The notes beneath the pieces were generated by a model, which was not told the DNA's origin, ran no database searches, and saw only the letters and a list, made by a program, of their open reading frames with translations. Positions 17,598 to 31,142 of a stretch of DNA of 64,000 bases are shown here, one piece after another; within the stretch, counting starts at the first letter, position 1; the number at the start of each line of letters is the position of its first letter. This DNA is from the human T2T-CHM13v2.0 reference genome, Homo sapiens: NCBI RefSeq assembly GCF_009914755.1, contig NC_060933.1. One strand, given 5' to 3'. The translations under genes and the position numbers were made by a program.

Positions 17598-18705
17598 ACC
17601 ACACTTCCTTGTACCTTACCTGGACCACAGCAGCCTATGAGGTCTCTCCCAGAGACTTACAGGGAGAAAGCTGGAAACTCCTACCCTATCATTAGAGCCC
17701 CCTTTATGAACCTTCTGGGAAGCAGCAAGTATTTATATGTTGATCTGGGCAATGTTAAAGGCAATGGATACATATGTAAGTAAAAAAATTCATCCAGCTA
17801 TGAAGACTGTATCATTTATGCACTCTACCATATATATGTTATTCCTCATTGGACAAAAGTTTTAACATGCCATTTAAAGCTCTATATGTATACTTGGGAA
17901 GAAAAAAAAAAACATTTGGAAGAATAAAAGCCAAGGTAACATAAAAATAGGGAAAAAATGAACATTACCCATATAACTTGGTGATTTAGGAAAGAGGGCA
18001 TTAAACTTGAGTGGCAGGGGAGATGGGAAGACAATCATATGGATGTGAGGAAAACTGGACTCTCACCCAGGCAATTAAAGTGTTTGAAATAAAAAACTAA
18101 AATAGTAGACTCTGTACTAGGCCTTGCTGACTGATTCTAGCCTGGACTTTGTTCCTGACTGGTGGGAGGAGACTGTCTTTTTATATTGGGGCAGCAGGAT
18201 ACCATGTGCTTAAAAGACACAGTGGGCAGTGCTTTGTCACTTCCCTGGTCCCCCAGCTTAAGATAATCTGAAAGTACCAGCTTCTGCCATGTATGGGACA
18301 ATATCCAAGTCTTTCAGCCATACCCAAATTTCAGTGTAGACAGGGCCCATGTGGACATGTTTCAAATACTTCCAAAATATATTATTGGACTCTCAAGATT
18401 CCATTTACTGTCATGAATGGAACAGGCCACATTATAAAGAATTAGGTTTCCCATTGAGAGTGGAATGTGAATACTTCAGAGATATTGTTGAGAAGTGGAC
18501 TCCAGTCCAAGGAAGAATCTCTCTTCTCAAAGAGCTGATGTTTTACGGCCTCCTGATGCTGGGTAAGGAAAGCCATGGAGGGAATTAGAACCACGGTAGG
18601 GTGAGGGCCTGACCCTATGTTCCACTGACTGTCATTCCAAAAAACTTTTTTTCAATGCCACAAGGCTAGTTTGAGGCAAACGTTTTGATGCAGGGTAGGC
18701 TGGTG

Positions 18706-18707
18706 AA

Positions 18708-18758
<51 letters not shown>
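18706..18758. repeat. Poly-A joined to a (TA)n microsatellite
   Basis: Directly visible in the sequence. Confidence 0.9.
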
Positions 18759-18761
<3 letters not shown>

Positions 18762-19089
18762 GAGAATAAGCTCACATTCCCAAATATTTGCTTGTACCTG
18801 AACAGGAACACCAAAATTAATGAAAGGCAGTGTCATGTAGTGGAAAGGGAGTGAGCTGGGAGTTGGGCCTTTTTCAAATCTTGGCTCTGATACCTGTGCT
18901 GTTTGACCTTAGCCTGCCTCTTAGCCCTCCCAGGTCATCAGTTTCATCTGCCATAAAATAAGGCAATTACTTTTTTCCAAACGTCAGTCATGTAAGCCCC
19001 ATCTTCACTATGTTTCCCATGTTGACATATGCCACATTGTGATTTTTGTCACATCTACATGTCATCTGCACTATTTACATTTGTAGTTA

Positions 19090-19445
<356 letters not shown>

Positions 19446-20620
19446 GGAAATTTTATAGGATTACTATGGATAGAAATCACTGTCGGTTGTCTGAACAGAG
19501 GTAGTCATGAACATAAATAAAATAAAGGAGAATGATGCTTTTAATTATCTCTGGAAAGTGCTGCCTGTTGAGGACTGGCCGCCTGAGATTCACCCTCTCC
19601 TTTTGAAGCAGGGAGATTAGTAAATGGTAGCAGTGTTGAGGACATCCCAACATCCACCTGAGATTTTCCTCTTTTCTAATCAAAAAGATTGAAAGACAAC
19701 TTAAACGAGAATAACTTCTCACTACAGAACTCAAAGTTAATATCCTACTGTATCACCTAAATTATCTCAATACTCCCGTGGGGTAGGAAACAACTGATAG
19801 TATCTAAGGTCTTCTCCCACACTGATATCCCATTTTTGCCTTCCTATAGAGAAAGGACGATCATAATTAGTAGAAAATCTGAGTTACGGACTATTCTGAG
19901 AAAAAAATGTCGTTCAATATCCAAACAGAAATGTTGTCAAAACATTTTCCAATTAGAAGGACCTTGAATATACATTAATAAGTAGATAGAAATGATTTGA
20001 GATTTGCATGGTCATCATATATTTTAAAATAAACACTTCCAAATGATTTGGCAGTGCCTGAACCATTGTTCATCCTCTTGAGTAACTTAAACACCACCCC
20101 CCTAAAATCTTGTTTACACCGTTGATTTGCTTAATGAGGCATTTTGTCAGGCAGTATATAAATTTAACCAGAGCCTATGTCATCAAATTAGCACAGCTTC
20201 AAAATCAGTGAAGTTCAAATGACTCATGATATCAGAGATATTATTACAAAAACAAATATCAGTGGATGTTTTGACCATATATTCATTATAATGAATTAGT
20301 CGGATTGACACAGCAAAGCCTTCATTATAGGACTCTCCAAGGGAGTTATTTCTTTGGAACCATTTAAATATAATACTTGTCCTAATTGGACAGATATCAA
20401 ATGAGGGAAAAAGCCTTCAAATATCTCTGAATGATCTTAGATTAATTGATACATGTAGCCTTTCGACTGTAGCAGAATATTCACTAATCTTAGTTTTTTT
20501 CTTTCCTAAGTTTTTGCCTTTTTGCTTTTGCTACTTTATGTGATCTTGGGAAAGTTCCTTTCTCTTTCTGGAATTAATATCCACATTTGTTTTTAAAAGG
20601 GGTTGGAAGTTGGACTGGAG

Positions 20621-20836
20621 CAGAAGTTAGCATACTTCTTCTGTGAAAGAGCAGATAGTAAATATTTCCAGCTTCATAGGCCATCTGGTCTGTTACAACT
20701 CAGTCATTGTAGCAAGAAAGCAACTGCAGGCAATATGTAAATGAATGAGCCTGGCTGTGTCCCAATAAAACTTTATTTACAAAAACAGACTGTGGGCCAG
20801 ATTTGGCCCATGGGCCCATAGTTTGCCTTTCTTGGG
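20621..20836 (+). mobile_element. MER58A (hAT-Charlie)
   Basis: cagatagtaaatattt...ggctgtgtcccaataaaactttatttacaaaaacag...gggccagatttggcc. Confidence 0.85.
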
Positions 20837-21424
20837 CTAGAGGATCTCTAACTTCCAGCCCTGACATTGTCTTTGTGTTGAAGGGAAGACACTTGCCCAA
20901 AGTCTATCATTTGACAGAGCTGGGATTGAAACCTGGGTCTCTAAATTTAAGTTCACAAATCATTTCCCACAACAGAATACCTGACCAACCAACAAACCTG
21001 CAACTACAAGACAGGACATCAAGTGTCTCCACAGAGAATGGAAAGAATTGCTATTACCATGTCAGGCACAATTACTTTAAAATTACTTTAGCAGAAAGTC
21101 ATTAGATTCCATGATTAAGGTGGCATTAAGTTTTTCCTCTATTGCCAAGAAATGTATCAGACTGGAAGAAAAAACTTGAGAAGGACAGGGGTGGTGGGGG
21201 CAGCTTTGGATATTCATAAAAGTCCTACACTGAAACGAAAACTATTTCTTATTCACCCCACATGGGAACAGCACAATATGGTATATAACAAAGCACTTTC
21301 ATATGTGTTGTTTGATTTAATTGTCACAACATCTCTGTGATGTAGGACTCAAAGGCTCTGAGTAACTACGGTCACTTAGTAACTGACATCAGAGGCAGGA
21401 AACAATGGTTTATGCTATGCTTGC

Positions 21425-21750
21425 ATTTCATTCATCCACTCATTCGCTTGTCTATTCATCCATTTAGACAAATATTTGACAGACAATTGACAAGGCAGGG
21501 GATAAGCAGTTAAATTAAACCACATTGTTCCTGCCCTCATGCAGCTTACAGTCCAGTGGGGGAAAGAGACAATGAACAAAAAAATAAACCATTAACTAAG
21601 TAAGTATCAACAGTACTAAGAAGGTGCTAAGAAGAAAACAAACATGGAGAAAGGATACAGGATTGAGGTGGGAGCTTCCTCAGGTACAGGGGTCAGAAGA
21701 GGCTTAGGAAGAAGAGAGTTTGTAGCTGAGCTAGGAAGGTTGGGAAGAAG
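21425..21750 (-). mobile_element. L2 3' region
   Basis: ttcattcatccactcattc...ttcctgccctcatgcagcttacagtccagtgggg. Confidence 0.7.
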
Positions 21751-21952
21751 CCATGGAAAAAGGAGAAGAACTTGATTGGTTCAAGGAATTAAAAAAAAAA
21801 AAAAAAAGTCTGGGTGTTGGAGTCAAAGAGCTGACATCCAGTTAGGTCATTCCCCAATGTGAGCCCCAGGCTTGCCATCAACAGAATGGAAATGCCAACA
21901 CCTTCCAGGGATGAAGCCACATTGCTGGGATTCAGGTCCTCTCCTTTTTTAA

Positions 21953-22309
21953 CACGTTAGTCCGTTTTCACATGGCTATAAAAAGACTACCCAAGATTGG
22001 GTAATTTATAAAGGAAAGAGGTTTAATTGACTCATAGTTCCATGTGGCTGGGGAGGCCTCAAGAAACTTAAAATCATAACAGAACACAAAGAAAAATCAA
22101 GTACCCTTTTCACAAGGTGGTAGGAAAGAGAAAAATGAAGGAGGAACTTCCAAACAGTTACAAAACCATCAGATGTTGTGAGAACTCACCATCACGAGCC
22201 AATCACCCCCACTCTCTCAACACGTGGGGGTTACAAGTTCCTTCCTCGACATGTGGGAATTACAATTTGACATGAGATTTGGGTAGGGACTGAGACCCAA
22301 ACTATATCA
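21953..22309 (-). mobile_element. MaLR solo LTR (THE1D/MSTA-like)
   Basis: ttagtccgttttcac...gggtaatttataaaggaaagaggtttaattgactca...gagatttgggtagggac...atatca. Confidence 0.85.
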
Positions 22310-22894
22310 CATGAATACAAGACCAGTAGCAAGTTACTTAACTATCTTATGACTCCATTAGCTTGCCTAAAAACCGGCATGATAATAATGATACCTACAC
22401 CTCACTGGTAGGTGGTGGTAGAGGTTTAATGAGATCACCCTGTAAAGCATTAAGCATAGCGCCTGGTATCCAGTAAGTACTTAATAAACATAGATTGCTG
22501 TGGGGATTAGAAAAATAATGAGGAGGAAAGTGAATCTTTTTTAAACTACTCTATGCCCAGACTGTATTAAGTGATTATTTTCATTATCCTCACAGTCCTA
22601 TGTTACAAGTAAAGGATAAATGTATTCCTAACCCAAAGTCACATTATGATAAATAGTGAGATCAGGATCTAGTTCAGGTCTAGATGATTTCATAGGCCAC
22701 AATTTACCTGGTCTTTCACTGTTATTCCAAGGAAACATCAGAGGTCCAGTTCTGCCCTACAGAGAAAGCCACCCACCCCGTGCTGGTGCCTGAAGAGCGA
22801 AGATTCTGGTGGAGGGGCTACAGTTCTGTTCAGAGTAAACAGGGCAGCCATCTAGGCTTGTGAAAAGGGCTCCCTGTACAAGCAGGATCCAGGA

Positions 22895-23510
22895 TCCATC
22901 CATCATCCCAGTCTCCATTGTCCATCCCTGTCTCTATCCATCATCACTATCTTCATCCGTCCATCCCAGTCCCCATCCATCCGTCCCAGTCCCCATCATC
23001 CATCCCAGGGTCCATCCATTTATCACAGCTTCTATCCATCTATCACAGTCTCTGTCCATCCATCCCAGTATCTATCCATCATCAGTCTTCATCGATCCAT
23101 CCCAGTCTCCATCCATCCATCCCAGTCCCCATCATCCATCCCAGTGTCCATCCATTTACCAGTCTCTATCCATCCATCAGTCTCTGTCCATCCATCCCAG
23201 TCTCTATTCATTTATCACTGTCTTCATCCATCCATGCAAGTCTCTGTCCATCCATCCCAGTCTCCATTGTCCATCCCAGTGTCTGTCTACTTACCAATCT
23301 CTAATCTATCCCTCAGTTTCCATCCATCCTTCCATCCCAGTCTGTATCATCCATCCCAGTCTCTTTCCATTTATCACTGTCTCCATCCACCCAACCCAGT
23401 TTCCATAGTCCATCCTAGTCTCTTTCCATCTGGCATAGTCTCTATCCATTTATCCCAGTCTCTGTTCATCCACCACAGTCTCCATCCATCCATCACTGTC
23501 TGTCTGTCCT
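22895..23510. repeat. Degenerate CCAT-based minisatellite (units like catcccagtctctgtccatc)
   Basis: Many imperfect copies of catcccagt and ccatccat; the plus strand is G-poor. Confidence 0.9.
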
Positions 23511-24024
23511 TCACAGTCTCCAACAGATGTCCCCTGTCAGTCAAGTAAGCCAAGCATCTTCCCTTCTAGGGCTTCCTGTGCTATTTAGTCTCCCCCTTCT
23601 ACAAATAAGGACTCTAAGGCTCAGAGAACTGACATGAACAGCTTGGACATCATACAAAAGGGAAATGGCAAAGTCTGAATTCAAAACCAGATCAACTTGA
23701 TCCAAAATCTACATCCTTTGACACTTTGTCATGAAGTTTCTCCTTAACGACAGAAAACACTTGGGGTAGTACGTGGCATTTTAGGGACTTCACATTTTAA
23801 TGAATATGATAGAAGATGAGAGAAGAAGAGAGGAGAGAAGGCAGTAGGATACGGTAGGATAGAACAGAGCAGAAAGTATTTTCCATCACAGAACAAAAAT
23901 GTGGCTAATAAAGTTATCTGATGAATTATATCAGATTTTTCCCCTTTCCACTTTCCTTTCTAAACTTTAGTTCTACCCATCTACCCCATAAAGGTGCTCC
24001 TGTGAACCTCCCTGCATATGCTTA

Positions 24025-24389
<365 letters not shown>

Positions 24390-24739
24390 GCCATCACTTA
24401 TTGAGTGCCTACTATGAGCCAGGCACTATACAAGGTATTTTCCCAACCTTGTTCATAAAACACCTCTAAAATGGACAACATTAGCCCCATTGTACACAAC
24501 GAAACAAAGCTCAGAGTAGTTAGGGTTCCACAGTCACAGACAAAAGTCCCGAGTAGAGATCTGTCCCTGGACCTAATTCTAAAACTCCTGTTCTTTGTAC
24601 TCTGTTCAGCTGCCTGTCAAGAAATCAATGGGGTTCACTTCAGTTAGGGAGTAACTGTGACCTGGTCATGGGGAGGGAAGCAAATCCTCATCCAGAAGCC
24701 CCTCCAGAGCACCATGGGAGGACCACCTGGGAAAGCTGT

Positions 24740-24912
24740 ACACCAGTGCGACTCCATGTAGTCCCCCAAACGGCAGCAGCAGCATCACCTGGAGGCTGGT
24801 TAGAAATCACATTTGTGGACCCCACTCAGACCCACTGAATCAGCAGCACTTCTGAGTCTGTCGGCAAGCTCTCCAGCTGCTCTGATGCCTGCTAAACTTT
24901 GAGAACCTCTGC
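24740..24912. mobile_element. MER5A-like hAT relic
   Basis: cagcagcatcacctggaggctggttagaaat...ctaaactttgagaacctctg. Confidence 0.65.
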
Positions 24913-26215
24913 TGAACACAGCCTCACATTGTGATCAGTGGCAAGAAACAACACTGGCCAACCACAGATTGAGAAAATTAGACATGGAAAAACATGCATC
25001 TTCCTCCAAGGACTCAGAGTTCCCTGTGTAATGGGAAACTGAACCCAGAAAGCTTCATTTCAGGTTCTGCTCCACAATTAAGAGTTCCTCCATCCTTGCA
25101 GTGTGAAGGAATAGAGGCTAGCAAATTAGAATATTCACTGGCAAAGCTGGCAAATTAGACTATTCACTGGCAAAGCCAGACCTGCTTTAGAAAACTGTGG
25201 ACCCCAGTGAACCCTCACTGCACCCTCACTGCATCCTCAGTTCATTGTGGATTTTCTATCTGGCACACAGCAGGAGCTCAATAAATACTTCCTGACTCAC
25301 AACAGTCAGATAGTGAATTTAACCCCTCCACAACTCAGGGCTTGTTTTTTCTTTGTGGTTCTTTATCGCTCATTTGCATGCATTCTCACAGTAGATACTG
25401 AAAACAAAAGTTCTCTTCTCAGTTCCCATCTTGGCAGTCCTTTTGCTTTTGAGTTTATCGATTGCCTTGGGACTGATGCGACAAAGTATGGATTACAGAT
25501 GCTTGAAGAACATTTGTTAACTCCAAGGGAGAATGAAGCTGTGAAATAAAGTAGTTATTTAATCGAATTCTACTACTAATAATGCCTTGCCTTGTTTTTC
25601 TTAAATCAACCTAAAACGTGTGGTCAAAAAATATTTGACTTCACTTTATTTTGGAAATATTTAACATTAAAAAGCAATGGCCCATAATCTCGGCACGCTA
25701 ACAAAATTATTTTCATTTTTGCCCATTCTCTTTCAGGCCCTGTTTTCATAATCATATACAATTTTGCATGGTTGTAATTACACAGAAGCGATATTTAAGT
25801 CTTGCTTTTTTTTTTCCTGGTTAAAGTTCCAGCCTGAATGAATTCATACATTATCTCATGATGATCATTTTCAATTTCTGGACCATGGACACATGTTTTG
25901 GCATACCACTTGAGCATGTCACAGTGAGTCAGGAAGCATTTATTGAGCTCTTGCTGTGTGCCAGATGCAATTCTAGGCCCCCAAGGATCTAGTAGTAAAT
26001 AAGATAAAGTCCCTGCTGTCCAGACTGTAGCAGCCTACAACTATAGGGGATGCCATTTGCATCCTGTGTGAGCCTGTGTAACTCACACTGGGGAATTTCT
26101 TCCTTAGGGCAGATTCCTTTCCTTCCTCTAGAGGGCAGGTAAATAGAACTAAAGGCCAGGAGCACGCTGAAGGATGCATGCATCTTCATGGCTGTTGCTA
26201 CCATAATATTACTAC

Positions 26216-26652
26216 TGATAAAAGAAAAACATCAGTCAAATTAATTTTAAAGGAGTTTAATTGAGCAATGAACAATTCATGAATTGGGCAGCCCCCAGAG
26301 TCACAGTAGATTCACAGAGACTCCACCACAGCCACGTGGAGGAAGAAGATTTATAGGCAAAAAAAAGGGAAATGTATAACATACAGAAATCAGCAGTGAA
26401 GTACAGAAACAGCTGGATTGGTTACAGGTTGGCACTTGCCTTATTTGAACACAGTTTGAACACTTAGCAGTCTTTGAGTGGCTGAAGTATGGCTGCTGGG
26501 ATTGGCAAAGACTCAGTGATTGTTACAAGTGCATACTCTTAAGTTAGGTTTTCAATCTTGTCTGACTATTAAGCTAGGTTACAGTTCATCTACAAGCACT
26601 CAGATATAAGACTATGGAGTCCTTCTCAGGCCGTATTTAGTTTGCTTTAACA
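26216..26652 (-). mobile_element. ERV1 solo LTR (MER57A-like)
   Basis: The reverse strand begins tgttaaagcaaactaaatacggcctgagaaggactcc; 4-bp TSD ctac/ctgc. Confidence 0.8.
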
Positions 26653-26884
26653 CTGCATTTTTCTCCCAAGACATTTTACCAATTTTCACTACTAGCAGAG
26701 ATAGCAAATGTATCATTTTCAACAGAAACTCATCAGCATTGAGTGCTAACATTTTTTTTCAAACATGTGCCAATTGAATTAGTTTACAACAGTCCCTGGA
26801 GACAAGCTATGGATTTAAATACGCTCCCTGGCAGTCTTACTCTTCCCTCAGAGGCTTCTTTCAGTATATGAGATGATACTGTCT

Positions 26885-27571
<687 letters not shown>

Positions 27572-27592
27572 GACACTCTCAGATGATGAATG

Positions 27593-28271
27593 TGAAACCA
27601 CCTTTGCAAAAGTTCTATCAGTGAGAAGATTGTAACACTAAGCTAAGCTAAACTAACCCAAACCCCATCTAGCCTTTCCCTTAGTTATTCCTGGGCTACT
27701 GGGCCAAGCTAACTCTGAAAGGTACTTAGGCTATAGTTTAAAATGATAACAGGCCTTGCCTAAAACTCAACCACTTTTGTAAAGCTAATGGGAGGCCATC
27801 AGGCTGTGGGCAGGAAAGGAGTCTGAATCCTGTTAAGGTGCAGACATTATTCCAGAGATTACAACATATGCAGCTTCCCCAATTACTCCTGCAAATAACA
27901 ACACTGCTGTAGATTGGCCTTTTGGGATACCTTTCCAGGTTTTTTGCATGTCTGACACCCATGGCTCCACCGGGATAAGCTTCTGTTGTCCCCACCCAGA
28001 AGCAATTTGGCCCACAAGAGGACAGTTTTAACCCTCTATGATTTCCTCTCCACCCCCAACCAATCAGCAACAAGCACCTGTTACCTGGCCACCCTCACCC
28101 TTTCCTTCAAACCACCTTTGAAAAACCCCTAACCTATGCACGAGATGACTTGAGTACAAAACTCCGTCTCTCATGTGGCATGGCTAGTCTATGTCTCTTA
28201 AACTCTTTCTCCACTACAATGCCATGGTCTTTCTTTATCCAATGGGCAAGAGAACCCCTCAGGCAGTTACA
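27593..28271 (+). mobile_element. ERV1 solo LTR (LTR8 family-like)
   Basis: tgaaaccacctttgcaaaa ... gttaca with TG..CA ends; exact 4-bp TSD aatg. Confidence 0.82.
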
Positions 28272-28923
28272 AATGTCAGAGTTAAAACAGGACACTGATA
28301 TAGCTGAATGGTCTTCCTAGAACGTAAGGCAGGAGAAGGGTCTCCCACTAGGGTTTAAGTTTTCTCTGTGGAATAATATGGATCCTCGTGTTGGACATGA
28401 AAAGGAAGGAGGAAGAGAGCAGCATCCTCCAAAAACTCTGACCATCCAGGCAGCACCTTGCTCCCCAGGAGGAGCTGGCTCTCTTCTTACCCATCATTGG
28501 CTCCCTATCCCCTCAGGAGCCCCCACTCCAAGCTAGACACATCCTCCTTGGGCAGGTCTTTCCTGACCTCCATCCAGAAGGCAGGGCTGGAGGCTCCCCC
28601 ACCATCCCTCCTTGCTGGAGCAGACCTTGACTGAGGCCCTTTGCTGTAGGAATAGTGAACTTGCCTTTTCTCCTGGGTATTCCCTATCAGACCAAGAAGG
28701 CCAGGACCTGTGCTCAGCTGCCTCATGTCCCCAGCAGTGACACGTTCCTGGCTCAGCACAGGTGCTCAGCCAATGTTTGCATAACCCAATGCAGCAGAAG
28801 GCTCAGAAAGAGAATAGATACTCTGGGCAAATTGGTAATAGAAGGTAAGTCACCGTCACCAGCCTAATGTGATCCTTGCCAATCTAGTCCTTCAGGAATC
28901 CCCAGTGAACTCCAGATTCCTGG

Positions 28924-29541
28924 TGATACGGGAACTAGAAAGAAATTACTCAGGCAGATAGTGAGGGTAAAAGAGTCCTCGGCAGAATTTCCCTTTTAAC
29001 AAAAAGCAGCCTCAAAATCCTTTCTTTTCTAACAAAGAGCAGCCTGAAAAATTGAGCTCCAGACATAGATAAGCAAGCTGGAAGCCTGCACAGGTGAATG
29101 CTGGCAGCTGTGTCAATAGAAAAGTGCTACCTGGGGGCCAGGCATGTTCAACATGGAGGCACCATCTTCTCTTTTGCCACCACGTGTACTGTAAAGAAAC
29201 AACATGGCGCCAACCAGGCAGAGAACCATTTGCAAGACAAAAGATTAGGGTGAGGGCAGCCAGAAACTCACACCCTATGCAAATGAAACACCTGGTCCAA
29301 CCAATCCTTTGCACCCTGTGTAAATCAGACACTGCCTCCTCAGGCTCATCTATAAAACCTCCTACATTTCACAGTGAAAGCAACAACCCACTTCTCCAGG
29401 ACCCCTCTCTGCTGCAGAGAGCTCTTCTCTTTCGCCCATTAAACTTCCACTCTGAACCTCACTATGTGTCCACGTCCTAGTTTTCCGTGACTGTGACACA
29501 ACGAATCTTGGGTATCATCTCCAAACAACAACACTGCTTCA
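28924..29541 (+). mobile_element. ERV1 solo LTR (LTR9-like)
   Basis: tgatacgggaactagaaagaaatta...gcttca; tataaaa and attaaa signals; exact 4-bp TSD ctgg. Confidence 0.85.
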
Positions 29542-31123
29542 CTGGGCTCCCTTAACTTCAGGAGCTCAGCAACATCAGCAGGTCATTTAATCCCAACCAC
29601 TCTCCTTTTATTTTCAGATGTCCTTAATTCAGACTCTGCTGCTATTCACTGAGGTTCTTCAAGTTCTCACATTATTGTGTTCCCTTTTCTAACCCTACCC
29701 TAATCCTACATTTCAGAATAGAAAAACGTATTTTACAATTCTTGGGCTTCAGAAGAAATAAAAACAGTCTCATATTTCATGAGCACTTTGCACAGTACTA
29801 CCTTCGTCTCAATCCTCAAAAACAACCCTGAGCAGTGGGTTATTATTATCCCATTTTACAGGCAGGGGCTAGGTTACCTGCCTGCATTCACACAGCCAGT
29901 AATTGGCAGGTAGGATTTAAATCCTGGCAGGCCCTGCCCCAAGTCATGGGCTCTTTCCTCCATATTCTTGCTGCAGTCAACATCAAATACCTGACAACTC
30001 TCCTTTAGCTTGGTCACTGGCTTCCATGAGAATACCAGTACCTTCTCATGGCATGTTGTCCTGCCCTTAGCAAATGGAAGTAAATGCTAATACTGTCTCA
30101 ATGTCACAGGACTGTAAAAAAGGAGAATCACAGGCTCTAAAGCCAATTGAAAGTTGTGGAGCCTCTGATGTGTCCTTGTGTTGCTCATCAGAACAGCTTG
30201 TTCCAAGGCGTAATGTCTACTTTGAGAAAGCCCCAGCATGGCTCCTAGGGCTAGGCTGCCACAACACTCATAAATCGCAGTGACACTCATGTTTACAACA
30301 TCTCTGTCTGCTCTTCATAAATGGAATTCACACAATTCAGGTGAGCTGGAGAATTAGGCTTATGAGCATGGCATCTGGATATGAAAGTGAAAAAATGTCC
30401 ACGCTGGAAAGATATTGGAAATACCCAGCCCAGTACTCTTATTCTACCCATAAAGCAGCTGAAGTTCAAGATCCTAGCCTGACTCTGGCCCTCAGACTGC
30501 CCATCTGAGGGAAGGGTGAACTCACTCCTCCACTGAGGTTCATTCTAATCTAACTATCTGTGAGACTAGAGGCCCCACTGAGGCTCAAACCCAGCTCTCT
30601 GGCCTGGAAGTGCACTAATCTCTGGACTGGAAGGGAACATGGCAGAAACAATAAACAAAAATGGAGCCAAGCATGCTTCTTCTAAGACAGGAGAAAGAAG
30701 GATCCATGGCCCATTTGGGGGCTACAGATGGCTGTCTTTTGTTGCATAAAATAGAATCCATCACGATTGGTTTCACTTTCCTTCCCACAAATAATCCAAA
30801 CCTTCGGATCAAGACCCAAGACACATGCTGTCAGCCAAGTGTGTTGAGCATACACAGAACAAAGTGAAGGCCAAGCTTTAGGTACTCAGCTCACAAGGAG
30901 CTGGTACCCCACGTGGAGAGCAGCAAGAAATAAACAAAAAGGTGCCAACTCTTCACTAGCCGGCTACACTGTCTTAATCTTAATGACAGTGATTTGAATG
31001 GAAAAGGAATGCAGGAGCAGGCCATTTATCACTCTTAAATAATAAGTTAAAGTTACAGAGATTGAATTGGGCCAAGACTGGCTTTTAATACCGAGAGGGG
31101 GGGATAAATCAATTATGGAACTC

Positions 31124-31142
31124 GCACGCCTCCTAGTGGCAT
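31124..31142 (-). promoter_or_regulatory. Candidate CTCF motif
   Basis: The reverse strand reads gCCACTAGGAGGCGtgc, one mismatch from CCASYAGRKGGCR, in unique sequence. Confidence 0.45.

Noticed and set aside
22860-23548. Overlapping Ser/Pro/His-rich ORFs, or a CRISPR-like repeat-spacer array
   Set aside because: Low-complexity degenerate minisatellite with no constant repeat plus unique spacers, in a primate genomic context.
28789-30346. Strong donors at 28845 (aag|gtaagt) and 30341 (cag|gtgagc) with upstream ATGs (MQQKAQKEN..., MEFTQF...) as first exons
   Set aside because: No promoter evidence and no phase-compatible open downstream exon that I could support.
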